In this document: one piece after another, positions 1-13,447 of the stretch
How positions within the stretch are numbered: the first letter of the stretch is position 1
Layout: every line of letters starts with the position of its first letter
NCBI GenBank assembly: GCA_964188305.1
Contig: OZ076895.1
Strand: one strand, 5' to 3'
Length of the DNA: 64,000 nucleotides
DNA from: Podarcis bocagei
Lineage: Eukaryota
Position numbers and translations under genes: made by a program
The notes under the pieces: generated by a model
What the model saw: the letters and a program-made list of their open reading frames with translations, nothing else
Told to the model about the DNA's origin: nothing
Databases searched by the model: none

Positions 1-158
1 GCCTCTTCAAGCGGCTTTTAAAAAAAGCGCAAGACATTTTCGTCTTGCGAAGCAAGCCCATAGGGAAATTCATCTAGCGAAGCAATGCAAAACCGAAAAA
101 CCCTTTCATCTAGCGAGTTTTTCGTCTTGCGAGGCATTTGTCTTGCGGGGCACCACTG
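1..158. mobile_element. Tc1/mariner-type MITE, right end (cut by window edge)
   Basis: Ends ...GGCACCACTG|TA, like the TIRs of other copies; internal ttcgtcttgcga repeats. Confidence 0.7.
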
Positions 159-612
159 TATTATATCTTGATCTCTTAAAGAGATTTTATTCTGTATGAC
201 ATCAAAGGCATACATGTTGTGAGAAGACAAAGGGGGGTGTTTGTTTTTAAACCACATTATGTGCATCTGTTATATATTGGCAAACTTCATTTAGAGTAGG
301 AGGACATTTAATGATAGACGTCAGTGCTTTTGCCTGGTGTCAGCAATTACGTTGTGTACAGTTTATCTGAACAGAAGAGCTCAGCATTTCTCTCTGGGAA
401 GAGGCAATTAAACTGTAAATACATGTATGAGTAGGAGGACATTGCCAGGGTGAGATATTTCCCAGATGTTAGGGCAGTTGTGGGTCCTATTTAGGTCTGT
501 AGGTGTGGGTGTGTCTTTATTTTGCACACTACCCTTGAGTGTTTTAATGGTTGGCTTGTTTTATTACCCACACTGACTGGAAGGAAGTACCCTTTCTTTC
601 TTTCTTTCTTTC

Positions 613-619
<7 letters not shown>

Positions 620-671
<52 letters not shown>
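620..671. repeat. (TAT)n microsatellite, likely the tail of an antisense LINE/SINE remnant
   Basis: Direct reading. Confidence 0.9.
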
Positions 672-672
<1 letters not shown>

Positions 673-793
673 CCACCCTATACCTGGAGGTCTCAGGGCA
701 GTTCACAGAATAAAATCAAAATATAAAACCACAAAATACATATTCAAAATTAAAACAACAACCCAATACCCCCTTTAAGGCACATGTACTTAC

Positions 794-873
794 AGGGCTC
801 CGACTTATGCAGTCATGTTTCCTTATAGTTGTTCTGACGGTCACTTTTTGGCAAATCTTTTCATCCCGTTTGC
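794..873 (-). CDS. OTOGL: OTOGL exon w45 (start of C-terminal cystine knot): CKRDEKICQKVTVRTTIRKHDCISRSP
   Basis: tag/gtaagt, 80 nt. Confidence 0.92.
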
Positions 874-3800
874 CTAATGGAAAATAAAATAACCTGCCAT
901 TTACTCATATATACTTGCTAAACCAGGAATATAATTTTCAAAATAACATTCATTAGGCCATGATTCAAAGAGGCCTTTAGGTTTGTGTTGGTGCTTTTGG
1001 ACGTGCTCCAGAGCAGTTCATCCTTCCCACCAACCTGCCATCCTTAGGCTTAGATATCAGTCCAGAAGTTCTGGGAGCCTCTCATTAGGTGATTCTAGGA
1101 CTGGTTTCAAAAGTGAGAACTGAGGAGCCATATTGCATTTCTAAAATCTATCTCATGGTTCTATGGGCAATGGCCTTTTAATGAGCATTTGTTAAGGGTT
1201 AACTTAAGAGTAAGTTCTTCAGTATTAGTCTGTGATGCAGGAACATTCCTGATAGAATCCGTTTTGTGTGGAAGAGATGAAGCATGATATATGTCACAAA
1301 TTGTTCCAAATAGGTTTTGAATCCATTGTTAACACCCCCATGTTCACTGCATATGTTGAGAGGATTCAAGGATAAAAATGTGGCTGCCATTTAGTATTTG
1401 ATGCTCAAGCTAATGAAAATTGAAAATTGAATGAGCATTACAAAAATCAAGAAAGAAAAGCCAGACTGCACCAGATGCAGTCAATCTAACTTACTGAAGG
1501 TCTGGTTCACAGAAATCTTCTCAGCTAAATCTACACAGGAGTGCCAATACTATCATGGAGCTTCCATCAGCCATCGGAATTGAAGCATTATTTCAATGTT
1601 AAAAGACAGTTCTATGATATTCCTCCTTTTGTGAACAGAGCTAGGCCAATAGATGCATGTGTCTATATCACAATTGCTCCCGCATCCACCACCTCACAAC
1701 ACAAACTCACAATACAAATAAGAGCAACATCTTTCCCTCAGTCACCACTTAATTGCTTCCTAGCACAGCACTGTGACAGCCATCACTGCAAGGTGGCTCT
1801 TTAGTTAGGAAAGAAAAAGCCTCAGCAATTTTCTCTTTTTAAAAAAATATGGCCCAAATATTCTGATTCTGCAAAGCGATAAGCAATGAACTAAGTAAGG
1901 TGTGTAATGTCATCTAATAAATACTGGAAACACTGAGTCACAGAAGCATATCAACAACATCTCTATAAAGAATATTAACATTTTAACAATTTTTAAAGGA
2001 AAGAAAATACATTATTAAAAATAGTAATACCTGGTTCACAATTAATACTATCAGTAGAGACTACGGGGCTAATGGCAAAGGGTAATACACCCCGTCCAGA
2101 ACCTGGCAGAATTATTGGGAACATAAGTTTTTTTGTAATATAAAAACATATTTTTACAAGAATAACATTGTATTAATTCTTACACTGCCAATTGTAATTT
2201 CTCTTTTTTTTCTTTTTGAAAAATAGGAAAAAAGTCTTCCTATTTTTCTCAATTATTGACAACCTGTGCTTTAAGACTTGCCTGGGTAACAAAACTACAA
2301 TGTTCACACAAGAGATTTAAAAATAATTATTCTAGGGGGCATCTTATGACTCTGGCAAGGTAAGAATTAAATATATGAACTCACTTAGCATGCATTTAAT
2401 CATTCTCCTGTTAAAATGAAGATTATTGGTTCCCGTTAAAACCCAAGGAGCCGCAAGCTATACTTGGAGCTGACTTTTAAACTGCTTTACCAAAGAAAGC
2501 ACATGCTTTTAGTTTTTTTATATATATAAACATTCTCTATTAGCATGTAAAATAGCATTTAATTTTGTTGCATTTTTTTGTTCTTAGAAGCCATTTCAGC
2601 CAATGGTTCTGAAGTATAACAATGCCTTTCCTAAGACTATGGAATTCTGCAAAAGCTACAGAGTTTTCATAATACCCTGAAGATACATTGAGCCATGTAC
2701 ACTGAACTCGTCTGCTTCATATAGTGAATGGAGAAGGAGAAAGATGTGGCTTCATCAAGAGCTTAATCAGTGTTGGTTATCTACATAGCAGAATAATTCT
2801 CCTTAATATTTTTCCTAATGTCTGTCACTCAAAATATTCGCTCACCTGGAACTCCAGGTGGGCGGCCATTGCCACATGGTGCGACTGAGGAAGCCACTAT
2901 CTTCCGACACGGCTAGGGGAGGTGATGGTCACCTGGCACTGCCCACCTCCAACCATGTCGGGCTCCTAGGTAAAGGTGGGCAATGCCCACTTAGCCAATC
3001 ATAGGGGCTGCGATCAGTCCATGCCTAGCTTATTTAAGGGGGTGGCCAGGTGCTGACTGTTTGTGTCTCTCACTCAAAACAGTGATCTCTTTAGCCAAAG
3101 CCATATCTAGGGCTTTAGTCATTATATATGCAGGGCCCATACCAGATGCCCTGAACACGTGTATGCAGATACATGCCTTCAGGCACTATTATGTTTTCAA
3201 ATGAAAAGAGGTGTGAGTGTGGCCTATATGCAAAGGAAATTTTTTTGGGGGGGAGCCTCCAGGCACAAGCAAGAAGTGCTTTCCACATCCTAAAGAAACC
3301 AAAAGGCAGCTGCATGGGACAGAAGTTCCCAAGACATTTGTTAGAGGCTGGTTTTCTAGGAGATCATCCAATGCATCTCCTGTTGGTCTGACTACATTTC
3401 AGTCTGCTTTAGTGAACTGCAGCGTGAAAGATTTCCCAAGGAATATAAAGAACAAACATCTTTCCCTTTGTAAAGATGTTAGGAACCACCAATCTGTGTA
3501 GCTTGCTTTGTATTTCTTTAGTGCTTCGCTTAGAGTTGTTTGTGATCCCCCCAATTCTGTTCTTACTAGAGCCCATGCAGGTGTTGAAAGTTTGTTCTTC
3601 CTTCTCAGTTAAAATGTCTACAATTCCTCATATTGGTACAGTTCATATTCTTCATAGTCACATTAAACATTGTTTGCTTTTGAACTATGGTTTAATGTGG
3701 TATGTGAATGAGGCCTGTGAAAAATCATATTGCACTGCTAAGTTCCCATTGGCTATCAAAGTTTTGAAATGTTTAGGTCACTGCAAAATAAGCCTAGGGG

Positions 3801-4540
3801 GAACTGTCAAAAGAGAACCCACTTGTACAATGTCCTTCACTATCCAGATGTGCTAATTCATGTCACAGAGACCTTTTTGATCCTGAAATTGGAATATGCC
3901 ATACAATATTTTGTGCAAATGTGCATTTGCACATTACAATTTGATACATAACTTTTTACAAGGGAAACTGCCTCTTTTTAAAAAGTCTTTATGCATAATT
4001 TTGCTCACTTAAATATTTTGTTATATATGGACTTGGACTGAAGACGAAAAACATTTATTCCTATAGAACACATAACAGGAGAACCTAAAACCACTATCAC
4101 GCTAAGTTATAAATCAATTCTCTATTTTTTAAAAACTTTTATTTCAAACATGTGTGCATGAATTGTTCTGGAACAATCTAGGCAAATATCTATATCTATC
4201 TATCTATATATGTATATACAGTATAACCTCATTTATTAAAAATATAAAGTAGCTTTCAGTTTCACCCATTGCTATATTTGGTGAGATTTGGTTATACTCC
4301 AGAAGAAAAAAAGTTTAACCAAAAAAACACACAACCAAAATCACCATGTGAGCAGCCATATAAAGCAAGGCTTGTCAATGACATTTGTTAAGACTACACA
4401 TACATTACATGATTTGGGATGGCATGCTTTTTTATTTCCACATGTCCCACTTAAAAGGAGTGAAAAACACACACAGCTATCCAAAACCGAAGCCAAACTA
4501 GCATACAACTAGCACTGAATGCAGCTTTTGTTCCACTTAC

Positions 4541-4586
4541 ACGTCCTGCAGCAGCCATCATTATATGTCTCTATAGTGCCTCCATT
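4541..4586 (-). CDS. OTOGL: OTOGL exon w44: NGGTIETYNDGCCRT
   Basis: cag/gtaagt, 46 nt. Confidence 0.91.
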
Positions 4587-4685
4587 CTGGGAAAATAAAA
4601 AGAATATTTCAAAACAGACTGTGCCCAAAGGAACATCTTGATAAGTCTGAATGACTCTTGTAAACCAGGGATAACTAATCTTTGA

Positions 4686-4887
4686 TAGGGTTGTCATATT
4701 TCAAAAAGTTTTTGAGCTATTTTTTTAATATGAAATTTGCCACAAAATCTATACTTCCGACATGGGTTGCCATACAGCTGGGTTTCCCCGGACATTTTTT
4801 CCAATTTTTGGAAATTCCGCCTGGACGCAATTTTTGGCGGGCAAATCCCAGCTATGTCTGGGAAATTCTGGAAGTATGGCAGCTCTA
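4686..4887. mobile_element. Degenerate non-autonomous DNA transposon (TAGGGTTG.CATA ... TATGGCAGCTCTA)
   Basis: Imperfect terminal inverted repeats; TSD not clean. Confidence 0.5.
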
Positions 4888-5378
4888 CCTTTGGCACTCC
4901 AGTATAAATTTCATGTTAAGAATCCTTAACATGCAATCCTTATCACATTCATCTTGGAGTAAGTCCCAATTAACGCAATTGGGTTTTCTTCTGAGCAGAC
5001 ACAGTGCAAGTCACAAAATCTGAAGACCGTGAGCCTTTGCATTAGCCACGTTTATTCTAATCCACTGATTAGAATCAGTTCTGATGTATTCATTTCAATG
5101 AAAGAAGCAGATCCACAAGCATTCACGCAGAACCGCCCACATTTGCACCAGAAAGTTCATGGACTCCAGATGATGACATTTTCATTTATGTAAATAAGAC
5201 TTTATGTAAGTAAGATATTATTTGCCGTCTGGCATGATTCAGAAAAAAAAGATTAATGAAAACACTGAAATGTAGACATTTTCTCTATATTAAACAATTA
5301 CAAGTGGATTGCATGCTCGAGAAAAATGTTATTTCATATATTTCCTCATTTGTATACAATATGTATAGGATTACAAAC

Positions 5379-5498
5379 CTTTGTGCACTCAGTCTCATTA
5401 AAGGGTGGGCAAACCACACTGGAGCCAAGCACTATTGCACCACCAGCAGTCTTTGTGCATTCATATTTAGTGCAGTTTGAGTCCCATGTGCTTCCTTC
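5379..5498 (-). CDS. OTOGL: OTOGL exon w43: EGSTWDSNCTKYEC...CPPFNETECTK
   Basis: tag/gtttgt, 120 nt. Confidence 0.91.
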
Positions 5499-5814
5499 CT
5501 ATAAAGTAAGAGATCAAAGGTTATTCTTCTGGAGAAAAGAACTGATTAAAAGACTACAGGAACATTTACTTGACATTAGGGTTTAATGGCTACGGAACTG
5601 ACCACAAAGACTCTCCTCCCTGCAAGAGAGGGGTCGGGGCCCTCGATCCACAATCAATGTTTTCTGAGAAAAACCATATTAACCATCTTCACTGCAATAA
5701 CAACACTTTCCTGTTTCTCAAAGGCCACAGTTTCCAAGAGGGGTAGCTCCTGTTAGCACTCACCATTGTTTGTTGCCTTCACACCACTTGGGGATTCCCA
5801 GGCACAGAATAGAG

Positions 5815-5947
5815 CAGGCATAGGCAAACACTGGCCCTCCAGATGTTTGGGACTACAATTCTCATCATCCCTAACCACTGGTCCTGTTAGCTAGGGATGA
5901 TGGGAACTGTAGTCTCAAACAGTGTAGCCAGAGTTTGCCTATGCCTG
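5815..5947. mobile_element. Palindromic hAT MITE (CAGGCATAGGCAAAC TIR)
   Basis: TIRs plus perfect 8-bp TSD GAATAGAG. Confidence 0.9.
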
Positions 5948-6088
5948 GAATAGAGCCATAACTAAGCTTATAAAGCCCTGCCTTGAGAGTGCATATATAA
6001 CAACTTACCAGAACTCTTGCTTCTTACCTTGCTATGAGGCAGGCATAGAGGCTGCTTTAACCGTGATTTGCTCAGTTCCAGTGCAATA

Positions 6089-6339
6089 CAGTGGTACCTT
6101 GGTTCTCGAACAGAATGTGTTCTGGGAGTCCATTCAACTCCCGGAACTATTCGAAAACCAAGGCACAGCTTCCGATTGGCTGCAAGAGCGTCCTGCAGCC
6201 AATTGGAAGCTGCAGAAGCTGTGCCGGATGTTCGGCTTCCAAAAATCGTTCGAAAACCGGAACACTCACTTCTGGGTTTAGATCGTTCCGGAGTTGATTT
6301 GTTTGGGAGCTAAGGCATTTGAGATCCAAGGTATGACCG
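6089..6339. mobile_element. Tc1/mariner MITE
   Basis: TA|CAGTGGTACCTTGG...CCAAGGTATGACCG|TA; same subfamily as 41931-42181. Confidence 0.82.
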
Positions 6340-7208
6340 TACTCATTCACAGTTAAGATGCAACATAGTTTGCACATCCACTTCAAACTAAGACATCATG
6401 CTGTGGTTTGCGTCCAATATTTTTAATTGTTGGCTCAGTTAAGATGTAACAGGGTCGATCCACTCCCTCCTTGCCCTGCCCCTCTGTTTGTATACATGGC
6501 ATGTTAATTTCCTGTGACATCTAAATGGGGAAACTCAGGTTTAAACTGACTTACAAAGCAGAATGTGCAACTGAGAGGAGATAGCTTCTTTCTTTCTCTT
6601 ACAGGTTTGTTTGGGTTTTTTGGTCAGATGTTTTAATTGTTTGTAGCTATGGCCATAACAATGTAACTCACACAAACAACCAAGGCAAATGCAGTAAGTT
6701 AAAAGTCCATTTTTTGTTGAAAATACAGGTTGCCTGAAAGCATCCAGGGTTTATGCTGTTTTTTACCTCGTGTGAAGTAAGAAGGGAGGCGGTGTTGTTG
6801 GATGAAAAACCCCATAAAGATCTGGACCATAATTTTAGAACAACAATTTGGTACCAAGAGGTCTGAAAGAGCTGCTGCTATTGAATTGTTGTGTTCAGGT
6901 CCTACACATTAGATTTTCAATTATTTACAGTATAGTGTTTTGGATCAAATGTGCCTAGACATCACCTGACTTACTCAAGAGTTTGTGCAGGTGGCAGCCC
7001 TAACTATTTTCTGGCTTGTGATGATGCCCACATGGACACAATGCACCAAATATTCAAGGTGGCTTCCAACCAAAGAAAGTTTGAATGAAGAGTAGGAATA
7101 TGTGGAACAACTTCTATAGAATTTAATAATTTTTATAAATTAAAGACAACATAGTCTGAATTCTGATAATATAGTCTATTTTTTTTTCAGCTTTTCCAGA
7201 GGACTTAC

Positions 7209-7313
7209 TTCATAAATGACTGAGGTTCCGTTGCCAGAATAGAAAATACAGGACACATTTATGCAGGAACCACAACAAGCGTGTTGACTAGGAGATGGGA
7301 CATATACTTGGTG
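7209..7313 (-). CDS. OTOGL: OTOGL exon w42: HQVYVPSPSQHACCGSCINVSC...VIYE
   Basis: cag/gtaagt, 105 nt. Confidence 0.92.
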
Positions 7314-7720
7314 CTGTTAAAAAGATATATATTTTGTGTTTAAAAAGGATAATATTAAAAGCATTATTTTCAAATACATACTAATAACTACAACCATGTC
7401 ATGGATTTAATGTGTTATGATAGCAAAATATTGATATTATGGTTTTCTGTGTGTTTCTTTGTTCCCATGTCATTGCTGTGAACAGGTTGCCACCTTGTAA
7501 CTACTGCCACCAGCCCTTAGACCAAATGAGAGGAAAAGCTTTCTCATGAAATTTACACACTAAATCTGATTTTGCTTTCCTACCCACAGTCCAGGAGGCC
7601 TCTGCCTAAGATAAGTAAATAAGGAGAGAGGTGCAGAAAGGATGCCACTGTTCCAAGAAAAAGGATTTCTTCCAGTGGTCTCATCGTGCAGGCCTAAAAC
7701 TATCCTGCTCAATGGCAAGT

Positions 7721-8067
7721 GAAAAAGGACCCCTGGGTGGTTAAGTCCAGTCAAGGGCAACTATGGGGTGCAGCACTCATCTTGCTTTCAGACTGAGAGA
7801 GCAGGCATTTGTCCACAGACAGCTTTCCAGGTCATGTGGCCAGCATGACTAAACCGCTTCTGGCACAACAGAACACCATGGCGGAAATCAGAGCGCACAG
7901 AAATGCTGTTTACCTTCCCACCACAACTTGCACTGATGTGCTTTCAAACTGCTAGATTGGCAGGAGCTGGGAGAGAGCAACGGGAGCTCACACCATTATG
8001 AGGATTCAAACCGCCAACCTTCTGATCGGCAAGCCCAAGAGGCTCAGTGGTTTAGACTACAGCACCT
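7721..8067 (-). mobile_element. Sauria SINE, diverged copy
   Basis: Homologous to 37695-38044 (ggtcatgtggccagcatgactaa, gcaggagc...gggagctcac). Confidence 0.85.
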
Positions 8068-8099
8068 GACAAAAAGGCAAAGTTGACCTGTGCAATATC

Positions 8100-8454
8100 C
8101 AGGGACATAGGAAGAGGGGTACGGGGGTGCGGTCCACCCCCGGTGTCATCCTTGGGGGGGATGACAAAATGGCACACCATGGGGGTCAGCACTTACTGCG
8201 GGGCCTGGCCCGCAGTGCACCCAAGCCATGCGTCTCTCCTGGGAGTGATGCGGTGGCTTGAGGCCCCTTGCTGCCCAAAACGACACCATGGGGCTTGCAT
8301 CCACCAGGTGGACTCCATGGGCAGCTTGCCTTGCTGTGCCGCCCCCCTGGGAGGATTGCCGCAGCGCCCCCATGCGCAGATCATCGCGGTACCCTGTGGG
8401 CAGATCACCCCACTCCCGCTGCTCTGGGTGCCAGAGCAGCTAACTACGCCCCTG
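8100..8454. mobile_element. GC-rich hAT MITE
   Basis: CAGGGACATAG...CTACGCCCCTG TIRs; 8-bp TSD GCAATATC. Confidence 0.87.
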
Positions 8455-8637
8455 GCAATATCTCACCAAAGGAACAAAGGAAGCTGTGCTGAATGCAGTC
8501 AGAGCATTGGTCCATCTAGCAGTGGCTCTCTTCAGACAAGTCTTTCCCAGTCACTGTACTGGACCCAAATATTTCATTTCACTAAGTGGAGGAGTTTCCA
8601 TCAGAGGAATGGAAGCATTGAATCCAACTCATTAGTT

Positions 8638-8773
8638 TAGGCTTCCTCAAACTCGGCCCTCCAGATGTTTTGAGACTACAATTCCCATCATCCCTGACCA
8701 TTGGTCCTGCTAGTTAGCGATCATGGGAGTTGTAGGCCAAAAACATTTGGAGGGCCGAGTTTGAGGAAGCCTG
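8638..8773. mobile_element. Palindromic hAT MITE (AGGCTTCCTCAAACTCGG TIR)
   Basis: Near-perfect foldback; 8-bp TSD CATTAGTT. Confidence 0.9.
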
Positions 8774-8941
8774 CATTAGTTCAAAGTTTTTCAAGCAATA
8801 ACGAATATATTGTTGAAGCAAAACTTAGAACATCTGTACATGATTCTGACTACAATTTTTTGGAGTAAATTTAAAGAACATCTACATCCTTATAGATTAT
8901 ATTCACAAATGACTTCACCCTCACATTTTAGCAATACTTAC

Positions 8942-9120
8942 AGCTTCACATTTTTGGGAACAGTTAACTACGATCAGATCCATGGCATGAAATCCTGTGC
9001 TAGGGTCTTTTTCCTGTGAACATCTTGCTATGTAACAATGATCTTCATCCAAATATTGAATCATGGACTGACCAGGGCTCAATATGGTGACTTCTTGGAA
9101 TACACAGACATTATCCTTTT
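8942..9120 (-). CDS. OTOGL: OTOGL exon w41: EKDNVCVFQEVTILSPGQS...CSQKCEA
   Basis: tag/gtaagt, 179 nt. Confidence 0.92.
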
Positions 9121-9831
9121 CTAATATAAAAAATGAAATAGTTGTGTTAAAAATGTTGAATGTACAAGAAGTGATAAACCTGTAGAAATCTTCTACCTTT
9201 AAGAAGCATTGGAGCCTCTATCTGACACAGAAAATTTATGTATTTCTATATGTGCACACACAACAAAAAAAACCCCCACATAATCCTGGTATTCTATCAA
9301 GTCTATCATTGCTAAATCCCCTGGAATGTTTGTAGTTATGAGGGAAATAAATTCAGATCACGATTTTACTTAAAAATTCAGAATGTCTCTGCTTTCAGTA
9401 AAAGATAGGCCTTCAATGATTATCCAATTATGCTTTTCACACTATAAAGAAGTAGCTTTGTATCTAATTTTAATTAAGTTTATATCAATTAATTAAATTT
9501 ATATTTTATTTTTTGGTTCAAAGTCAGATATAAAAAGAACAGGATTTATCTTGACATATCAACAATGTATGATGTACCGTAATAGCCTTGAGAAACATGG
9601 CTGATATAAAGCTAGAGAGTATGAAATATTTCTATTCCATCAGGTAGCCCCTTTCTCGATTTAACTGCATTTGAATGCAATTCTTTAATTGCATGCCAAG
9701 AATTCAGTAAGAATTTTAAGATTAGAAGATTTATGGGGTTTGCTGCCAAACATATGTATGTATCTATTAAAAACAGATATTGACAATATTGGATCTTGAT
9801 AATATTGTGTATACACACACACACAACATAC

Positions 9832-9895
9832 CACAGGTGTACTGCGAGCAGCCACACGTGCTAGAAACGTTGCCATCTATTCTCTGAACTTCTCC
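9832..9895 (-). CDS. OTOGL: OTOGL exon w40: GEVQRIDGNVSSTCGCSQYTC
   Basis: cag/gtatgt, 64 nt. Confidence 0.9.
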
Positions 9896-10246
9896 CTGTG
9901 ATATGAAAAATGATGTTGCTGTGTCATGTGTGTCCAAATATATGCACATGCATTTTCATCTATGAGACTGAGAAAACTAGCTTCTGATAAACAAACTTGC
10001 ACAGTTACATGCGCAAGTTAACAAAAGCAAGAGGAAACCAAGCAGAAGAGGGCAAAGTACTTGCAGGCTGCTGCTCTTTCCTCTCACTGCTTATATACTC
10101 AGAGAAGGCAGGTGAAAAGTGACTTTTTAAGAATGTTGCAGGTTTCCCTGAGATGGAGCAGGCCTTGGCAAATGCTCAGCAATGCCCTCCCTGCTCCCTC
10201 ATCACAGCCCCATAGACCCTTTTTTAAAAAAACACTACAGAATATA

Positions 10247-10477
10247 CAGTGGTACCTCAGGTTACGAACTGTCCTGCTTCCGAACACTTCAGGTTATGAA
10301 CTCCACAAACCTGGAAGTAGGTGTTCCGGGTTGTGAACTTGGCCCCAGGATATGAACACAATCTGCTTCCGAGGCTGTGGGAGTCCTATGTAGGGAATGT
10401 GCACCTCGGGTTAAGAACGTTTCTGGTTAAGAATGGACTTCCAGGAGGAATTAAGCTGGTAACCTGAGGTACCACTC
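10247..10477. mobile_element. Tc1/mariner MITE
   Basis: TA|CAGTGGTACCTCAGGTTAC...GTAACCTGAGGTACCACTC|TA. Confidence 0.87.
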
Positions 10478-11273
10478 TATATTTTTAATCAGGTCACTTC
10501 TTTGCTTTCCTCATACCGTCATGGTTTTAGAATTAATGGCAATATTAGGCACACAATAAAGCATCTACCACATTGAACTATGCACCACACTCTTTATATT
10601 ATTTAGGAAGGGTATAACAGACAAATCAACGTTTTATCACACTGTGATAGATAGGGATTTTCAATTAGACATTTTCCAGGTCACGGGAAATATTTGTTTA
10701 AGCAAAGCTAGAAAAATGGAAGGAAAGCGGTTTGTTTGAAAGCTCACATATTACAAAAGTCGACATAATTTAAAGTGTATATACGTTTCAGAACAAGTCT
10801 ACATTCTTGCAGATAATAAAGAAGCTCGTACATTTCAGTGTGTGTTGGCAAACTGAAACAGGATAATATTTAAAATCATAGGGCGATATCCAACTAAGTC
10901 ATACACAGACTTAGGCACAATCTTATCCTTCACATATCTTATATAGTTTCTGCATACCTATGACTGATGATGGCAGAATAGATATAGAACATGTGTTAGA
11001 ACAGAATATGATAGTAGAACAGACTAAAAAAAAAATGCCTCAAAGTAAGAATCTTCAAATTTTTAATTTTATTTATTTAATTTTTCCCATCCCATCTATT
11101 TCTCCAAAGAGACTCAAGGTGGCTAACAAACCAGAATAAAAACAGCAAAACAAACATACCCCTTCCCCAAATACCAACTATGTATTCATAATAATACATT
11201 AATATCCATCGACCTTTGCTTATTTATAAAGGCAGTGACTCGGAACAAATAATTAACACTTCATGGCTTAAGT

Positions 11274-11499
11274 CAGGGGTGTCAAACTCAAATTCATCGG
11301 GGGCCGCGCCGCCGCTAGATGGCAGACGTTCTCTGGCTTGCAGGCTGCCGCGCATGCGCTGAAGAGGCGGCTTTCTTGTGTAAAAAAAAAAAAGTGAGAA
11401 TAAAAGGTGAAGGCTGGCGGCTGGCGGTGACTACACGGGCCACATGACGAGGTCTGGCGGGCCGGATTCGGCCCGCGGGCCTTGTGTTTGACACCCGTG
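11274..11499. mobile_element. hAT (Charlie-like) MITE
   Basis: CAGGGGTGTCAAAC...GTTTGACACCCGTG; 8-bp TSD GCTTAAGT; CpG-rich, so probably young. Confidence 0.9.
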
Positions 11500-11700
11500 G
11501 CTTAAGTGTTGCTGTTGTTTTTAAAAAAAATATTAGTCAGATTAATGAGAAATAGCAGTGCTTGAAATATGTGTGACCATGTTTAGCTTTATGGAGGAAG
11601 CTAAAGAGTTGATATCATCCTTGAGATATTGCTGTTCTCCACTAAAAAGCTGAAACGTTATATATGTTACTAAACTGCCTCCAAGACAAACATGTCTTAC

Positions 11701-11741
11701 CACTTTACAAGATGGGATAGTAGCACTTTCACAGTCACATT
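11701..11741 (-). CDS. OTOGL: OTOGL exon w39: ECDCESATIPSCKV
   Basis: cag/gtaaga, 41 nt. Confidence 0.9.
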
Positions 11742-11831
11742 CTGAGGAGAGAAGGACAGAGAGAGAAGGATCAGTCAGTGGTCCTACGTTGCTTATTCAA
11801 ATAATTATTGATAAAAATAAAACGCAGATAC

Positions 11832-11936
11832 CACAATTCCAGTCTGGACAGCACTGTCCAGTTATTCTCTTCTTCACCAGCTTCATTTCAGCAGAACAGT
11901 TCAGAAGAGGTAAGTGACAGTGATTCTCATCACAGA
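11832..11936 (-). CDS. OTOGL: OTOGL exon w38: VCDENHCHLPLLNC...CCPDWNC
   Basis: cag/gtatct, 105 nt. Confidence 0.91.
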
Positions 11937-12120
11937 CTGCAGGAAGAGAAGTGACGTAATTAAAAAGAAAAAGAAAAAAAGATTAGCATTAGTAAAACAT
12001 CAACAAATAAAGAGTTGCCAGGTCCCACACTGATACCACTGCCTGGTAACTGCAGTAGTAATTGAATGGTAATAGAAGCAGTCATATTAACCCAAGATAT
12101 ATTAACAAAGCAGACCTTAC

Positions 12121-12222
12121 CACAGTGGTAACGAGGGCAACAATAATGTGTGGAGCTAAGATCTACAGTGAGAATTTCCCCTTCATTGCATAACGGAATA
12201 GGTTCAATGCAGGATTCACAAA
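12121..12222 (-). CDS. OTOGL: OTOGL exon w37: VCESCIEPIPLCNEG...CCPRYHC
   Basis: cag/gtaagg, 102 nt. Confidence 0.93.
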
Positions 12223-13339
12223 CTGCAGGAGAAAATAAATCAAACATCCAGTTAAAACATATATATAGGTTAAAACTTATACAGCTGTGGTATTGTAGAG
12301 ATCTAATGTTAACTTGATACTGAGGCGAACCATAGCATTGGGTCACTCTTCATTTTGTTAGATTTCACCAAATCTATATTTAATTCCTAGATGCCGTCAA
12401 TGTACAGCTGAGAGAAATCAGATGAATTTTGCAGGTACCTCAAATCTACACTGACATACAAATGTATAAAACAACTTTTATAAATTTATTTTATTTAGAT
12501 TTGTGTTCCTCTTTTTCCTGAAGTTTCTTTTTCAGCTGAAACACTTTGGAATACATAACTATCTCAAAAATGGCATAGCCTTGAAAAGTCTCAGCTGAAG
12601 CCTAGATGCCTTCAGCTAAGTTCTCATCTCCCGCTATCTGAAGTACTATATTAGAGCAAATTCAGTTACTCCATATATAAATAAAATTACTCTGAGAATC
12701 AAATCCAAATAATTCTATGCAGTTATGCAGTTGTACAAAGTTGCTCCAAATTAGCTTCTTTTTAGAGCTAATTCATACAATGCTTTTTTAAAATTTGAGG
12801 ACAATAGTACTGTGAATGGTGTGTGCACATTTAAATAGGCTTCCCTAAATTAAACTTAGGATCCAATCACTCTCTAATAATGCATTTTTTGTGCCTTGAG
12901 GAGAAAATCAGCCATTAAAATTGACTGCACTTACATCTTACTTTTAAAAACAGGCAACTTATATAACTAAATTGAAAAACCAAACTCTATATTTGCAGGA
13001 AAGAACACCTAAAATAATAAAGGAACTGCCAAAACCATTTAAGTAAGTAACAGTTGCTGTGTTTGGGGCTCTTCAGCTTAAGAAAAAGGCGAATAAGGGA
13101 GGACATGATACAGACACACAAATTCTGCATTGTAACACTGTGGAGAAGTTGATAGGGTGACATCTTCCTCCCTTTCTCATAATATCCTGAATCTTCTGAT
13201 GACACAAAATGGTGGGAAGACAATGCTGGATTAGATAAGCCATTGACCTGATCTAGCAGGGCTCTTACGTTTTCAGTTGTAGATATTCTGGAATCCCCTG
13301 CTTACTCATGGATTTACCAGCATGGGAAAGCTTCCTTAC

Positions 13340-13447
13340 CACACAAATAAGAAAAACAGCAAGGATCCTCCTGTTTTGCCTCAACAAGAAATTGGTCTTC
13401 TCTGCATTCTGGACGGGAAGCATTGGGGCATGCTGATGGATCACATT
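13340..13447 (-). CDS. OTOGL: OTOGL exon w36: ECDPSACPNASRPECREDQF...CCFSYLC
   Basis: cag/gtaagg, 108 nt. Confidence 0.92.

Noticed and set aside
522-778. Poly-Tyr/poly-Leu ORFs, and poly-ER ORFs near 38200, 39050 and 63250
   Set aside because: They are translations of microsatellites.
8083-8640. 185-aa ORF and other overlapping GC-rich ORFs (also 14173-14746 and 37533-38063)
   Set aside because: They fall within MITE, LTR or SINE sequence and show no protein motif.
10955-10995. Third hammerhead-like motif (CTGATGA...GAAC)
   Set aside because: No stem II pairing and no GAAA; too degenerate to support.
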